Origin: Gnetum montanum
Lineage: Eukaryota; Plantae; Gnetophyta
NCBI GenBank assembly: GCA_015680685.1
Contig: MNCI01002152.1
Span: forward strand, 125,344 to 189,343
Direction: 5' to 3'
DNA length: 64,000 nucleotides
Position numbers and translations under genes: made by a program
The notes under the pieces: model-generated
Seen by the model: only the letters and a program-made list of their open reading frames with translations
What the model was told of the DNA's origin: nothing
Database searches by the model: none
In this document: positions 38,917 through 50,310 of the stretch, one piece after another
Layout of the letters: the number at the start of each line of letters is the position of its first letter
How positions within the stretch are numbered: the stretch's first letter is position 1

Positions 38917-41467
38917 TTAATTTTTGCCTATATTTTCTCCTTGCTCTACACTAAAGAGTAAATTTGTAAAACCTGCTTCATTTTGTTCTATGTCATTAAT
39001 ATCATTTGCATGGTAATCATTTTCATCAAGGATTGAATCATCAATATTAAAATTCATTGCTCCAGGAACATTAACTAAGTAAATAGAATAACTTTCTCTA
39101 TCATCAACTATTGGAACATCATCATCTTTTGGATTAACATCCCAACCAAGAGTAGGTGATTGCCTATATTTTATTTCCTTTCTTTCTTCCAATCTAATCA
39201 TGCTATGAACATATACTAATTTTTTAGCTCTTTTTGGAGCCAGACTATTTCTTTTGATCCGATGAATGAAAGAATATGTTGATCAATTTCTTTCAACAGC
39301 AGAAAAAGATGCAACCTACATAAATGATAAAAACAAGAATAAATTTTTTCATTGTTAAAAGATTCATTTTATAAATTATTCAAAACTTAATCAATAAACA
39401 AACTCATTTGAAACTTCAGACCTAATAGCCTACTAATCATGGTATTTAAAGAATGCATAATGATATATAAAACATCACTATTTCAAGTTTTTGAATATCA
39501 CATTTCATAACTTAATTAAAAAAATTAATACATTTTAATATTTGTTATATGTTTAATGAAAAACTAATTGTATTACCTGAGAAAGAAGCTTCACTGCTAA
39601 AGTTTGAAGTTTAGGAGTATCTCCACCATGCAAACTCCACCATCTAGCTGGATCTTCTTGAGCTATTCCATCCATTTCAAGTATAGCATCTTCACATTTA
39701 AATGTTTTTGCATGTCCTTTAGTAAATTGAAGTCATTCCTTTCTAATTAAGCTAGCCTCACAAGGTGAATGTAACCATTTAACATATTCTAAAAAACCTG
39801 TTCTTACATCAAAATCATCACAAGGCCTTGTTGTATTTTTATCTCTATATTTTGAAGAATACCACTTAATATTTAATGCATATGTAGCCATATGCAATGG
39901 GGTATTTGTAGCATTCCATCTTTTTAGAATCAATGGAAGTAACTGAGCATTATAAAAATCAAGAGAGCTATCCATTTCTATAACCCTTTTTTTAATTTCT
40001 GTTAACATATTTTCATAAATTACATAAATTTCTCCTAATGCAGGTGTATGTGTATCAGCATGATTAATGAAATCAACAATAGGTTGCAACATGCTAACAA
40101 TCCTCCTACAATATAACAAATACTTGTTTTTAATAAGATATAAAGATGCAAACAATAAAAAATAAAGAATTATATTTCAAATAAATTATTTCTTACTTTA
40201 TTTTTTTCTACCACTCATTTGATAAAATCTTTTCTGTAACACTCTTTCCCATAATTGTGTTGGCTTCCTCCCTATTCTTCCATTTAGTGGTTATAACCAT
40301 TGTTTGTAATAATTCTTGTATCTCTTGCATTCTCTCCAACATTATGAAATATGAAGCATACCTATTTAACAAAATTTATAATTAGTTTAGCATTAATAAA
40401 TCAAATTTCTTAAAAACACACAATATAGATTTTTGTATTCTATTACTTTGTTTCTATAGATTTTTTGAAAGTCTTATTTTTGCTACATTCTCTGAACAAG
40501 GAATTTGAATAATGATGATTGCAAATGAAAATTTGTATGTCTCTTGCATCTATAATAAGCTTTTTCACCCAATCAATTTTACCAATATCACGAAGTGTAT
40601 TATTTAGAGAATGAACATAGCAAGGAGTCCAAAATATATTTGGATGAATCATTTTTTATCATTTTTCCTACACACCTACAAACAGGAGTTAAATCTGTTA
40701 TAATTTGAATAATGTTGCTGGAACTAATAGTTGCAATTGCTATCTTTAATAATTTGGCTTGAAAATTAGCATCTTTTATATGATTGGAGCAATCTATAGC
40801 ATTAAGAAAAAATGGTCCAAGTTGACAACTAATTATAATATTAATTAATGAACGTTGACGAATATCAGCCCATCCATCTATTATAATAGAACAACCACTT
40901 TGCTCTCAAAATTGTTTCCATTCCTCTAACTTTTTCATGCCAAGTTCATACCTCTCATCAAGAAGATCATTTTGAATTTTATCTTCAGTTGGAGGGATAT
41001 AAGATAGACCTGCCATATAAAAATATTAGTTTTACTAATAATTTTAAATAAAAAATGATAATTTAAAATTTAAAAATATTACCTGCTTCAATGGCACAAC
41101 GAATTGCTTCTTTGAATGAAGGAGTACGTGCAAGTTTAAATGGTAATCCATTTGCATAGAAGNATATTCCTATTTTATTTTCTAATGTCTGAAAGAAATG
41201 ATGATGTATTCGTGTACCACTTGTAGTGAATTCATGACTACATACATGATACTTCCATCTTTTGCTTCCACCTCCTTTACTCCTACAAGTGTCTAATTGT
41301 GTTACGAATTGTTTTAATGGAGATTTCAAAATAAATCTACCTTTCCCAAATGGTTTCAAAATTTTCATATTACAGTATAAGACATTTTTTTCTTGTGATG
41401 CATTTTCCTCCAATAGAGTACTATCTATTTCATTCTCATTGCTATCTCTGTCTTGAATAGAGCTCAT
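38917..41467 (-). pseudogene. Intron-containing hAT transposase (BED-like finger, DUF659-type core, C-terminal dimerisation domain), degenerate
   Basis: Motifs KRWKYHVCSHEF...RIHHHF, FYANGLPFKLARTPSF, IFWTPCYVHSLN, TPLHMATYALNIKWY, WWSLHGGDTPKLQTLAVKLLSQ|VASFSAVERN*STYSFIH. A GT-AG intron lies at ~39317-39576 and an assembly N at 41163. Confidence 0.9.
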
Positions 41468-42989
41468 CTTTATGACTTTGTAAATATTAATGGTAAAAAT
41501 TAGAAAATGAGATATAACTGCTACTCTTCACAAAAATTAAAATGAATTTTTAAAAAAATTACAAATAGATATACTTACCAATTACCCAAATTACTGTGAC
41601 TAAAGGTACTATTTTTTCTTTTTCTGCTAGCAAAGAGCTTTAAAAAAAATGTCTTAAGAGCTTTAACACTAAAATGTCATTCAATGCAATAAATCTGAAA
41701 ATGCAAAACAATAATAGAGTCAGGGGAAAAATTAAAAATACAAAATAGTGATAACTTTAAAAATAACAAGATGAAATTTTAATAAGGAATAAAAAAATTG
41801 AAAATCATAGACAAATGTACTTAATAATTGTTGAAACAAAGGCAGGATTTCATAAAATATGAAATATGACATCATGAAGGAATTGCTTCGTTGAATGAAG
41901 GAATAAAGCCCAAGTTGAAGAATAGTGAAAGCAGTTTTAATGCATGCAAAAAGGATTTAACTGACAACTGCAAGTAGGGTTTGGTCTACATAATTTTGAG
42001 TCTATTAATCAATCTTTTCTGCTTTGATCAAAAGAAACAAACCAACCAACCCAAGCATTAACTAATTAAAGTGAAATGTTTTTTGGAAGCTTAACAATAA
42101 TGCAAAACCACTTCAGTAATTTTTTTCTAGTACATTTTCAAAGAGTGACAAGACATCGATGCACTAAGAACTTAAGCACACTTCAAAAAATAAAAACTCA
42201 ATTATCTAAAACATTAAAAATGGTTCCGTGTTGTATACTGAACAAAAAGCTGTTTTGAAATTGTTAATGATGAAAAGTATAATAAATATTTAGCCAAGGT
42301 AAGAGAATCTGTTCTCTTTCCGCTAAAATCTCCAATGTGTTTTCTTCAAGCATTCACCCTAACATTAAACTCTGCAACGTCAAATAAAGATAGGGACAGA
42401 AAATTTTTGATATTCAGTTGGACCATTAATCTTGCTGTATTTAACCAAAGTACGAAACACAAAGGAAAAGTTTCGAAAAATAACACGAATTGAACCATAA
42501 AAAAAATGATTCAACGAGAACCTCCAAATATTTTATCTCCTTGAACAAATTGTAATCAAACATGAAAAATTTGACAAGATCTTAAAAGAACCTTAAAGAA
42601 AAAAATGATTGAAACAAACAACTAGTAAGTGAGACAGTTTTTTTATGTACATAAAGATGAAATAGTTTTTTTATGTACATAAAGAAAGGACTCACCATGT
42701 CAGAAATGCGGCTAGACTAAGTAACCTGGAAGTAGGCTTCGAGAAGTAAAGGCTTGCGCAAGCAACCCCAAATAAACAGATGGTTAGGGTAAGCAAAAAG
42801 ATCCTCAACAGCCGTGAACACATGAAAAATCATATGATAGCTGATACACTATATATGCCATAGTTGTTCATCGATATGAAAAGAATCGATATGAACCTTT
42901 CTTTTTAAATATTTTTAATAGAAAATCAAACGATAGCTAACAACAACATTTTCACCCAAATCAGGGTAGACGAAAAAAGGTTTCCTCAA

Positions 42990-43654
42990 CAAATTTACTG
43001 CTCTCACGAGAACTTTGATGCATATTTGAAATTAAGTATAATATTTTAAAAAAACATTATCCATGGGGAATATACTTAATTTCAAATATGCATCGAAGTT
43101 CCGTGAAAGCAGCGAATTTGTAATGGCTGGAAGACGCCATTTTAATTTCCATTTCCACTCTTCTAACAATGTAGGGCATTAAGTATCATGTGCGAAAGAC
43201 GTGAATCATTGACGTTGAACCTATTCGACAAAATAGATGCGGGTAAAAACCAACAGCATTACCTGAATACAGTGTTGTTCGGTTCAGTGGGTTGGTTTCC
43301 TGATCGATCCAAGGGTGTAGATTTCACGAACCCTGGTGGATTCGGGCACACACGTAAAATCCGCATTGGTACGTAAATTATAATTTTTCTTGCCATGGTG
43401 TCTCCATTTTCAACTTTCAACCATAGCATTCATTGTCCATTCAAATCTTCTGTTTTTACCTGCCTGTTTTTACTGCAAATCATTCATTGTCCATTCAAAT
43501 CTTATCTGCTTTTACCTGCCCGTTTTTACTGCTAATCGCGTCCACGTCAAACACCTTTTAGTCTACCATTACCAATTCGCTGCTCTCACGGGAACTTTGA
43601 TGCATATTTGAAATTAAGTATATTCCGCATGCATAGATAATGTTTTTTTAAAAT
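42990..43654. repeat. Inverted-repeat structure (MITE-like ~85-bp arms at 43042-43127 and 43565-43654, plus an extra arm forming a tight hairpin at 42990-43120)
   Basis: Three copies of gaactttgatgcatatttgaaattaagtata in +, -, + orientation. Confidence 0.85.
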
Positions 43655-43968
43655 GAAAAAAAAAATTAAAAAATCTTTTCCATCTTAAATAATTGTTTAT
43701 ATTTATTTTCTGACTTGCTTACAAAATATATGGCCGCCTTTCTGGACCAGAGTTGTCTGTCTACACATGAACGGTAGAGAAACCCTTGTTCTCTGGCTCC
43801 ATTAGCACACCTTACGAAGTCGGTTAATTCTACCAAGGCATGCCATTAAATATAGCATGCTATCGCCGTCTGCCTAGAGATATATACCGATCAGGGCCCT
43901 CGACTGACTGAAGAGGATTGGAGGCGATATCACAGTTTCCGGTGGTAGTTTTGGGAGGAAGAAGAATA

Positions 43969-44457
43969 ATGAAGCAGCAGCTGCCCGATTCTACTTCTTC
44001 TTTTTCTTCGACTTCGCCCAGGAGACTGAAGAGCAGCGGCAGCGGCAAGAATATGAAGATCGTGAAGGTGAAAGTTGATGCGTGTGAATTCAGGTATTTT
44101 GTGCAGAAACTCACAGGCAGATCCACTAGTAAAGAAGATGCTGCTGCTGTTGGTGTTGGTGTTGGCAAAGACGAAAACTGTGCCGACGGTAGCAATGGTT
44201 CTGTAACCGTGCTGAAGCCCAAACCCGTCCGGCCTCAAGCTCAACTTCAAGTTCCCAGCAGCGTCGTGGGTCAGAGTAATTACGACAATTTTTGGATGTC
44301 ATCTTGTCTCTATGATTCTCCTACGAGTGCTACTTGTACTGTTACATCAACACCAGGCATGGATTTGAATGGCGGCAGAGCTTCTTGCTTCAGCGACCTG
44401 GAGACTTTTCTGGGTATCAACGGCCATGAAATGCTCGACAATACCGTGCATTTTTGA
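43969..44457 (+). CDS. VQ-motif-containing protein, intronless, 162 aa
   Basis: KVDACEFRYFVQKLTG matches the FxxhVQxhTG signature. Ser-rich N-terminus and CpG-rich sequence. The first ATG is at 43969; the ORF track begins at a TTG. Confidence 0.9.
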   Translation: MKQQLPDSTSSFSSTSPRRLKSSGSGKNMKIVKVKVDACEFRYFVQKLTGRSTSKEDAAAVGVGVGKDENCADGSNGSVTVLKPKPVRPQAQLQVPSSVVGQSNYDNFWMSSCLYDSPTSATCTVTSTPGMDLNGGRASCFSDLETFLGINGHEMLDNTVHF

Positions 44458-44971
44458 CATATATAACTCATAGTTTTGATTTGGCTGTTGTCCCATGTAA
44501 ATAGCAGAAGACAACTTGGTTATGAGTAGTAAAAAGTCCGGTAATGAATTCATGGCTTTCATGCGTACTTTGGTTTTCCTTGGTAGCCTCTCTTCCTGTC
44601 TGTGCGGTAGGAAACTAGGACAGCAACTTTATGTTTTTGGGTAATGCAAGGGCTATGTTCCACTGGGAATCGGCAATTGAAGGAATGAAACTATCCAGAA
44701 GGATACAGTTAATTCATAAATTAGCTTTACGTGCTAAGAATTGCGAATCATCTAGCACCCGGATTGAGCTGGGATGCGTGAAATCCATGTTCATGTTTTT
44801 GTTCCATTAGCTGCAACGATGTTTTTAATTAGTATTTACGGTTTCTTTCCAGGTCTCATAGCAATAATCTAGTTGGTTAACGTCTTGAATTTGACTAATA
44901 ACATAACTTTTATGAATAATATCAAAGAAAAAACGTCGGAGACGCAAGGAAGATACTTTTTGTCTTCTGCC

Positions 44972-45668
44972 TGGTTAGTCTAAGATGATGTAATCCTACT
45001 TTTGACTTATTATAAAAAAGTATTTACTAAATAGCTTATATATTTCTTCCCAATGATCAAGACAAATGAGGTTTTTAGACTTTGCTTCAAAAAGCATTGA
45101 AGGGTTTGTATTTGTCAATGTGTACTTTTAACAAATGATGGGAAATTCATATTCAAATTATTAAATAAAGAATTACTACATGTGGGTTTGAGTTTGAGAT
45201 TTGCGTGGTTAGTCTAAGATGATGTAATCCTACTTTTGACTTATTATAAAAAAGTATTTACTAAATAGCTTATATATTTCTTCCCAATGATCAAGACAAA
45301 TGAGGCTTTTAGACTTTGCTTCAAAAAACATTGAAGGGTTTGTATTTGTTAATGTGTACTTTTAACAAATGATGGGAAATTCATATTCAAATTATTAAAT
45401 AAAGAATTACTACATGTGGGTTTGAGTTTGAGATTTGCGTGGTTAGTCTAAGATGATGTAATCCTACTTTTGACTTATTATAAAAAAGTATTTACTAAAT
45501 AGCTTATATATTTCTTCCCAATGATCAAGACAAATGAGGCTTTTAGACTTTGCTTCAAAAAACATTGAAGGGTTTGTATTTGTCAATGTGTACTTTTAAC
45601 AAATGATGGGAAATTCATATTCAAATTATTAAATAAAGAATTACTACATGTGGGTTTGAGTTTGAGAT
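44972..45668. repeat. Tandem repeat, 3 x 234 bp, near-identical
   Basis: Units start tggttagtctaagatgatg at 44972, 45206 and 45440. Confidence 0.95.
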
Positions 45669-46130
45669 CTCACATTGAATATGCTTCTTCACAAGGCATT
45701 GTTGAATATATAAGTTTAGATAATGGAAGATGAAATATAAATGGTTATACAGTTGTGAATTAAGAAGTTATAGCATATGGCTTGTGAATCGAGAAGTTGT
45801 TAGAGCATGTTCATTGTTGTTTAAAAGTTATAGGTTTAATTCTAAAAGGTATGGTGTATTTTGGATGTTTTGTTTGGCTTAAGTTTGTATCTAGCAGGTT
45901 GTTGTGTTCTACAAAGGTATATATATAGTTATCTAGTTGTGGTTCTAAGACCCCCCTTCCACCATGTAGCTTGTGAGTTAAAGGTAAGTGGTTAGAAAGC
46001 TTGATTCCAAGTATGCTATAGAAAATCATCCTTAAATTCTTTGCTCACTTTAAACTTTAAACACATGGACCATATATAGAAGGGATGATGGCATTAAAAT
46101 GATGTTTTTTTTTTAGAAAAATAAAAACAA

Positions 46131-46282
46131 TGTGGTGTTAGCTTAGTGGTAAGACTCTTGATTTGAAAGCTTCAAGTCATGGCTTCAATTCTAGAAGGCA
46201 ATGTTGAGTTTTAAAGTTCTACTTGGACTATATATCTTGGGGTGCACCTATATTAGAATTATTTAAAGGTTGCAACACCCCC
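46131..46282 (+). mobile_element. tRNA-derived SINE-like repeat (copy 2)
   Basis: A-box-like tagcttagtgg and B-box-like ggcttcaattct at tRNA spacing. The non-tRNA tail is shared with 32148-32294. Confidence 0.65.
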
Positions 46283-47511
46283 TTTCCCTACTACCCACCA
46301 AAAATGATGATTTGTATGTTAATGTGACATGGTTATATTTCTCTCAACCCATGAAAGTACAAATTGGTTTAGAAAAAACAAACTTAAACTTGGGTTATGT
46401 TGGTTCTATGATTGTTAGGTACAGATTCTAACATAGTTGAAATATAATGAAAAAATGAATTGTAGTGTATTTCAAAGTTCAACTTGATAGGTGGTACGAT
46501 CAATGACTTTATAACTCATTGGTAGGATCAATGACTTTATAACTCACCATTGATTCTTAGAGCTCTAAAATCAAGAGTCTTGAGGTGTACTTTGACAATA
46601 TTAGGTGCAAAGAACAAAAATGACATATTAATTGAGTCCCGATACTATTTCAAAACCATATTGATGGTGAAAATGACATTAATTGAGTCCCAATACTGTT
46701 TGAGACCATGTCGATTTGCATAGAAGATGAAAATGACAGAATGAGAGGACATTATAGATGAGTCCGGAAAAGCCATGTCGGTTTTGATCGAAGGATGAAA
46801 ATGACAGAAAATGCAATGCTCAAGACTCAATTTCTTTTGTTTTTCCAAAAGAAGTTTTACTTTTCCACCCGGTAAAATGTAAGTCTTTTTGTCATCATCA
46901 ATCCTGAGATCTTACTTAACCCGATTCTCTGCACCAAAACAGGTTGCGTGTGACCCGGAAGAGAGAGAAGAGCTTGTAGATGAACTAGGTCTTTGTAACA
47001 ACCCTGCATTAAAGAAAAGTGGTACCTTTGCAATAAAGAAAAGGCGACCCTTTACCTTTCTTCCTTGGCATGGGACCTACTCGTATCACGTGAAGCGATC
47101 ATGGAAGATCATCTTTTAAGACCACATAAAAAGTCGCCAAACACACTGGGTGAGGATGGTGTGAGAATCGGGAAAAATGGGGAAGAATCGGCAAGTTGTC
47201 TCTCCCCTTGTTTAAAAGTTGGGAAAACCAGTTAACCTTATTAATTTTTTATAAAAACAAGCTCAACTTGGGTTGGCCAAAATTTAATGTGGCAATAGAT
47301 CGTTGAAACCTGATTGAAAAACATTGTTTAAGACCATTTATTAAGACAATTCTTTTTAAATCATTTTTTATCGTTGGAGGTCTGTAAATAAGTGGAAATG
47401 TAAACTGTTTTTTAATAGCTGTATTGAGGTTCAAGGTTTGAAGTTCAAACTAAAAGGTTTAACATGAAAATGCAGCAAAGTAATATCATGATATAAGTAT
47501 TCACATAAAAC

Positions 47512-48887
47512 CTATGCATCAAAAGAATCTGATTCGTGGAAGCGAGGAATCGAGGATTCGTGATTCTGAATGTGTTTGGGTACGTTCAAAATATTGTTAA
47601 TGCTTAATTTCACAGAAGATTGCAATATTACCATTACACTGAAGAAAGAAAATTTGCAAAGGCATGGAGGGCATTGAATCCATTTTCTTACTCAAGAGCC
47701 ATAACCCTTTTGTTACTCAATCCAATCTTTTTAAAAATGAAATTAAGCCTCAAGCCTCAACCAAATTTATAACAAAATCACTTTTGCTGATACTTTTGTT
47801 CAACAATGACATGTGAGTAGTGCCATAGGGCCATGTTGAAGACAACCACATTATAAAAAGATACAACTTAACTAAACTAGGCACAGCTAAGTAACTCACT
47901 TCACCTATGGTAATTGAAAACCTTTTGAACAAGGGGGAATTGGCACTAGTTATGATGAAGGGAAAAGTAAAAAATTGCATATGGCCATTCACCATGAGCT
48001 GGTGGAGTTGGTTGGCCCATAAGCAAACAAATTTTAAAAAAGGGGAAAGTAAAAATAGAGCACCATGAGATTGCATATGGCCATTGGCCATGTGTTGGTG
48101 AGGTTGGTTGGCCCATAAGCAAACAAATTTAAAAAAAGGGGAAAGTAAAAACAGAGCACCATGAGATTGCATATGGCCATTGGATTGGTTGGCCCATAAG
48201 TAAACAAATTTTTTTAAAAAGTTGAATAAGCATCCATCCGGCATCGTGTTCATGACTATGACCATGACGATGACCCTGTTTTGTTTTTTCTTCTTTGAGA
48301 CATATGACAAAAAGACCAAGAACCAGCAATAATGACCCATAAACACCCGTGAATGCTCGCAGAACCTTTGATGCTCCCAAAGGCCAATCAATCCAAATGC
48401 ACTGGTTACCTCGCATGCAAATGCACTGGTTACCTCGCAGGCCCCGTTCCGAACTTGATTTCTGTGTGACCCAAACTTGGCCCTTCGGCCTTCGGTTACC
48501 GAAGTAGCCCTTTTGTGATTTGCCTGTGTCTGTTTATCCATTCGTACTCCCTGTTTTCTGTGGTCTGTGTCATGCCGATGCCATGAATCTTGATTGCTTG
48601 CTGGCCACTTAACAATGAAGTGAAGCTTCTGGGAAGATTCAGCGCAGGAGAAGATAAGTATAATTTTAATGCACAATGCAGACATTGAAGAAAAAGGCAA
48701 TAATAATACGAGGCAAGGCAAGGCAAGGCTACCATTTCAATGTATATGTACAGAGCCAGACAAAATTTCTTTGAAAATTATGAAATACGTACCCATTGCG
48801 GATTTAATGCGTTTCTGTACGCGATCTGGAATCCAATGCGAACAGTTCGTGAAAATTTATCTGGAATCGCGAATCTCCGGCGCATAG
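47512..48887. mobile_element. Non-autonomous hAT-family element, 1376 bp
   Basis: TIR CTATGC...GCATAG. Flanks cataaaac / catgaaag match at 6 of 8 positions (8-bp TSD is typical of hAT). Subterminal gattcg/cgaatc motifs are present, and 47585-47625 matches 38719-38763 beside the transposase. Confidence 0.7.
47958..48220. repeat. Internal tandem repeat, about 3 units of ~85-100 bp
   Basis: Repeated attgcatatggccatt...ttggttggcccataagcaaacaaattt. Confidence 0.9.
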
Positions 48888-48919
48888 CATGAAAGTAACG
48901 AATAAAAATATTTTGGATC

Positions 48920-50310
48920 ATGCTGAGGAAGGGTTGTTCTTTGTCTTCTGATTTAAAAAAAAAAATTGCGTAAAGCTGACAAAGATTGCTAGGATTTGAG
49001 AGCTCGTGCTAGCTCATTCGTCAGCGAGGATTTGAGAGCTCGTGCTAGCTCCATGAGTATAAACGGAAGTGTCTATGCAGAGGAGCTTTTGGCAGCTACC
49101 ATTATAGTTATATGCATGGTGCCTCATGCATCATATTAAAATTACTTAATTATAGGTACACTCCACATACATAGTTAACATATTACCTTAGAAGAAGAAA
49201 AACATAATAAAGCAAATGCTTCCTAGACAATGAGCTAATCACTATAGTTACCTTTCATTAATTAGATTAAAGAACTTACTAAACAATATACACATAATGC
49301 AATACCTTGTTTTATTAATGTAACTACTACTAAGGCATTTATACCCATCTTTGTAGTCAATCTACATAAAGTAAAATAATTAGCATTAGAAGTAAGTACT
49401 TAAAACTTCTTCATAATTAAGAAAATTTTACAATGCTACATAGTAACTAGATGTTAGTGTTTTTTATATTACTAGACAATTCTACAAAAAGCCTATTGGT
49501 CTAATTGATCAAATGAGCATATCACACATGGTAGAAAATATTTCATAAAAGAGAGGGAGAGATCACCATGGGGCAACTTCCACCAAGTCTTCCTTCTTGT
49601 GCAGTGATAGAAATATCTTTGAGAAGAAGACAAGGGTTCTTTTAAAGGGATCCCAGTGTCATTTCTCAAAAGGCATTTAGGTGAAATTTTTACCTAAAGG
49701 ATAGATTCAAAATAGAAGTGTGACAAGTTTGTACAACAAGTTCTAGATGGCCACAACATCATTACTATTTCTATATGCAAGACATTTACATGCATAGTTA
49801 AGGAGAATCACTTTCCTGAAAAGAGAAAAAATCCTTGTAGCCTCATGATAGATTATGAGTGATAAGCAATCCCAATATCTAATACTATAAATCAAAACTA
49901 TATACAAGAGACCTAATCATAATCCATGGTCTAGACTAGCACTGTAGCAAATGTTCAATGTTGGATCATTGTTATCTTAATTGTACTTGTGTAGACTTTA
50001 GTACATATGGTTAAGCACAATTAAGGTATGTGATATTAATGTTTTTTCACCCTTGAATTAAATATTATTAAAATATTTTTAAAATATTAAAACGCTAAAT
50101 TCTAATTTAACCTAAGTTAGGTATAAGAAGTAAATCTATTCTAGCCTAAGTAATCAATATTTGTTTCCAGCATACCATACACATCTTGAACATACAATAA
50201 TATTGTTGGGTGACCAAGTGTTCATTCTTGGGCATACAAAGTGGCACACTACTTTGATTACTAAATGTTAATGTATTTATACTCAAAATTAGTTGTACTT
50301 ATTCCATGTA
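48920..50310 (+). repeat. Copy 2 of the ~1.3-kb duplication of 35082-36405
   Basis: Near-identical with small indels; includes the first half of the solo LTR. Confidence 0.95.

Noticed and set aside
41821-41870. Weak resemblance to the hAT right subterminal region (ttgaaacaaaggca; atatgaaata)
   Set aside because: Too short and AT-rich to call by eye; not used to set the element boundary.
43860-44250. Antisense ORFs over the VQ gene and the TTG-initiated 179-aa extension
   Set aside because: Shadow ORFs. A eukaryotic gene should start at the ATG at 43969.
46131-46205. Possible tRNA gene
   Set aside because: The B box is degenerate, no clean acceptor stem is visible, and a non-tRNA tail is shared with a second copy; better explained as a SINE.
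47958-48220. Repeat-spacer appearance reminiscent of CRISPR (also 12680-12941 and 60900-61745)
   Set aside because: Eukaryotic TE context, no unique regular spacers and no cas genes; ordinary tandem or motif repeats.
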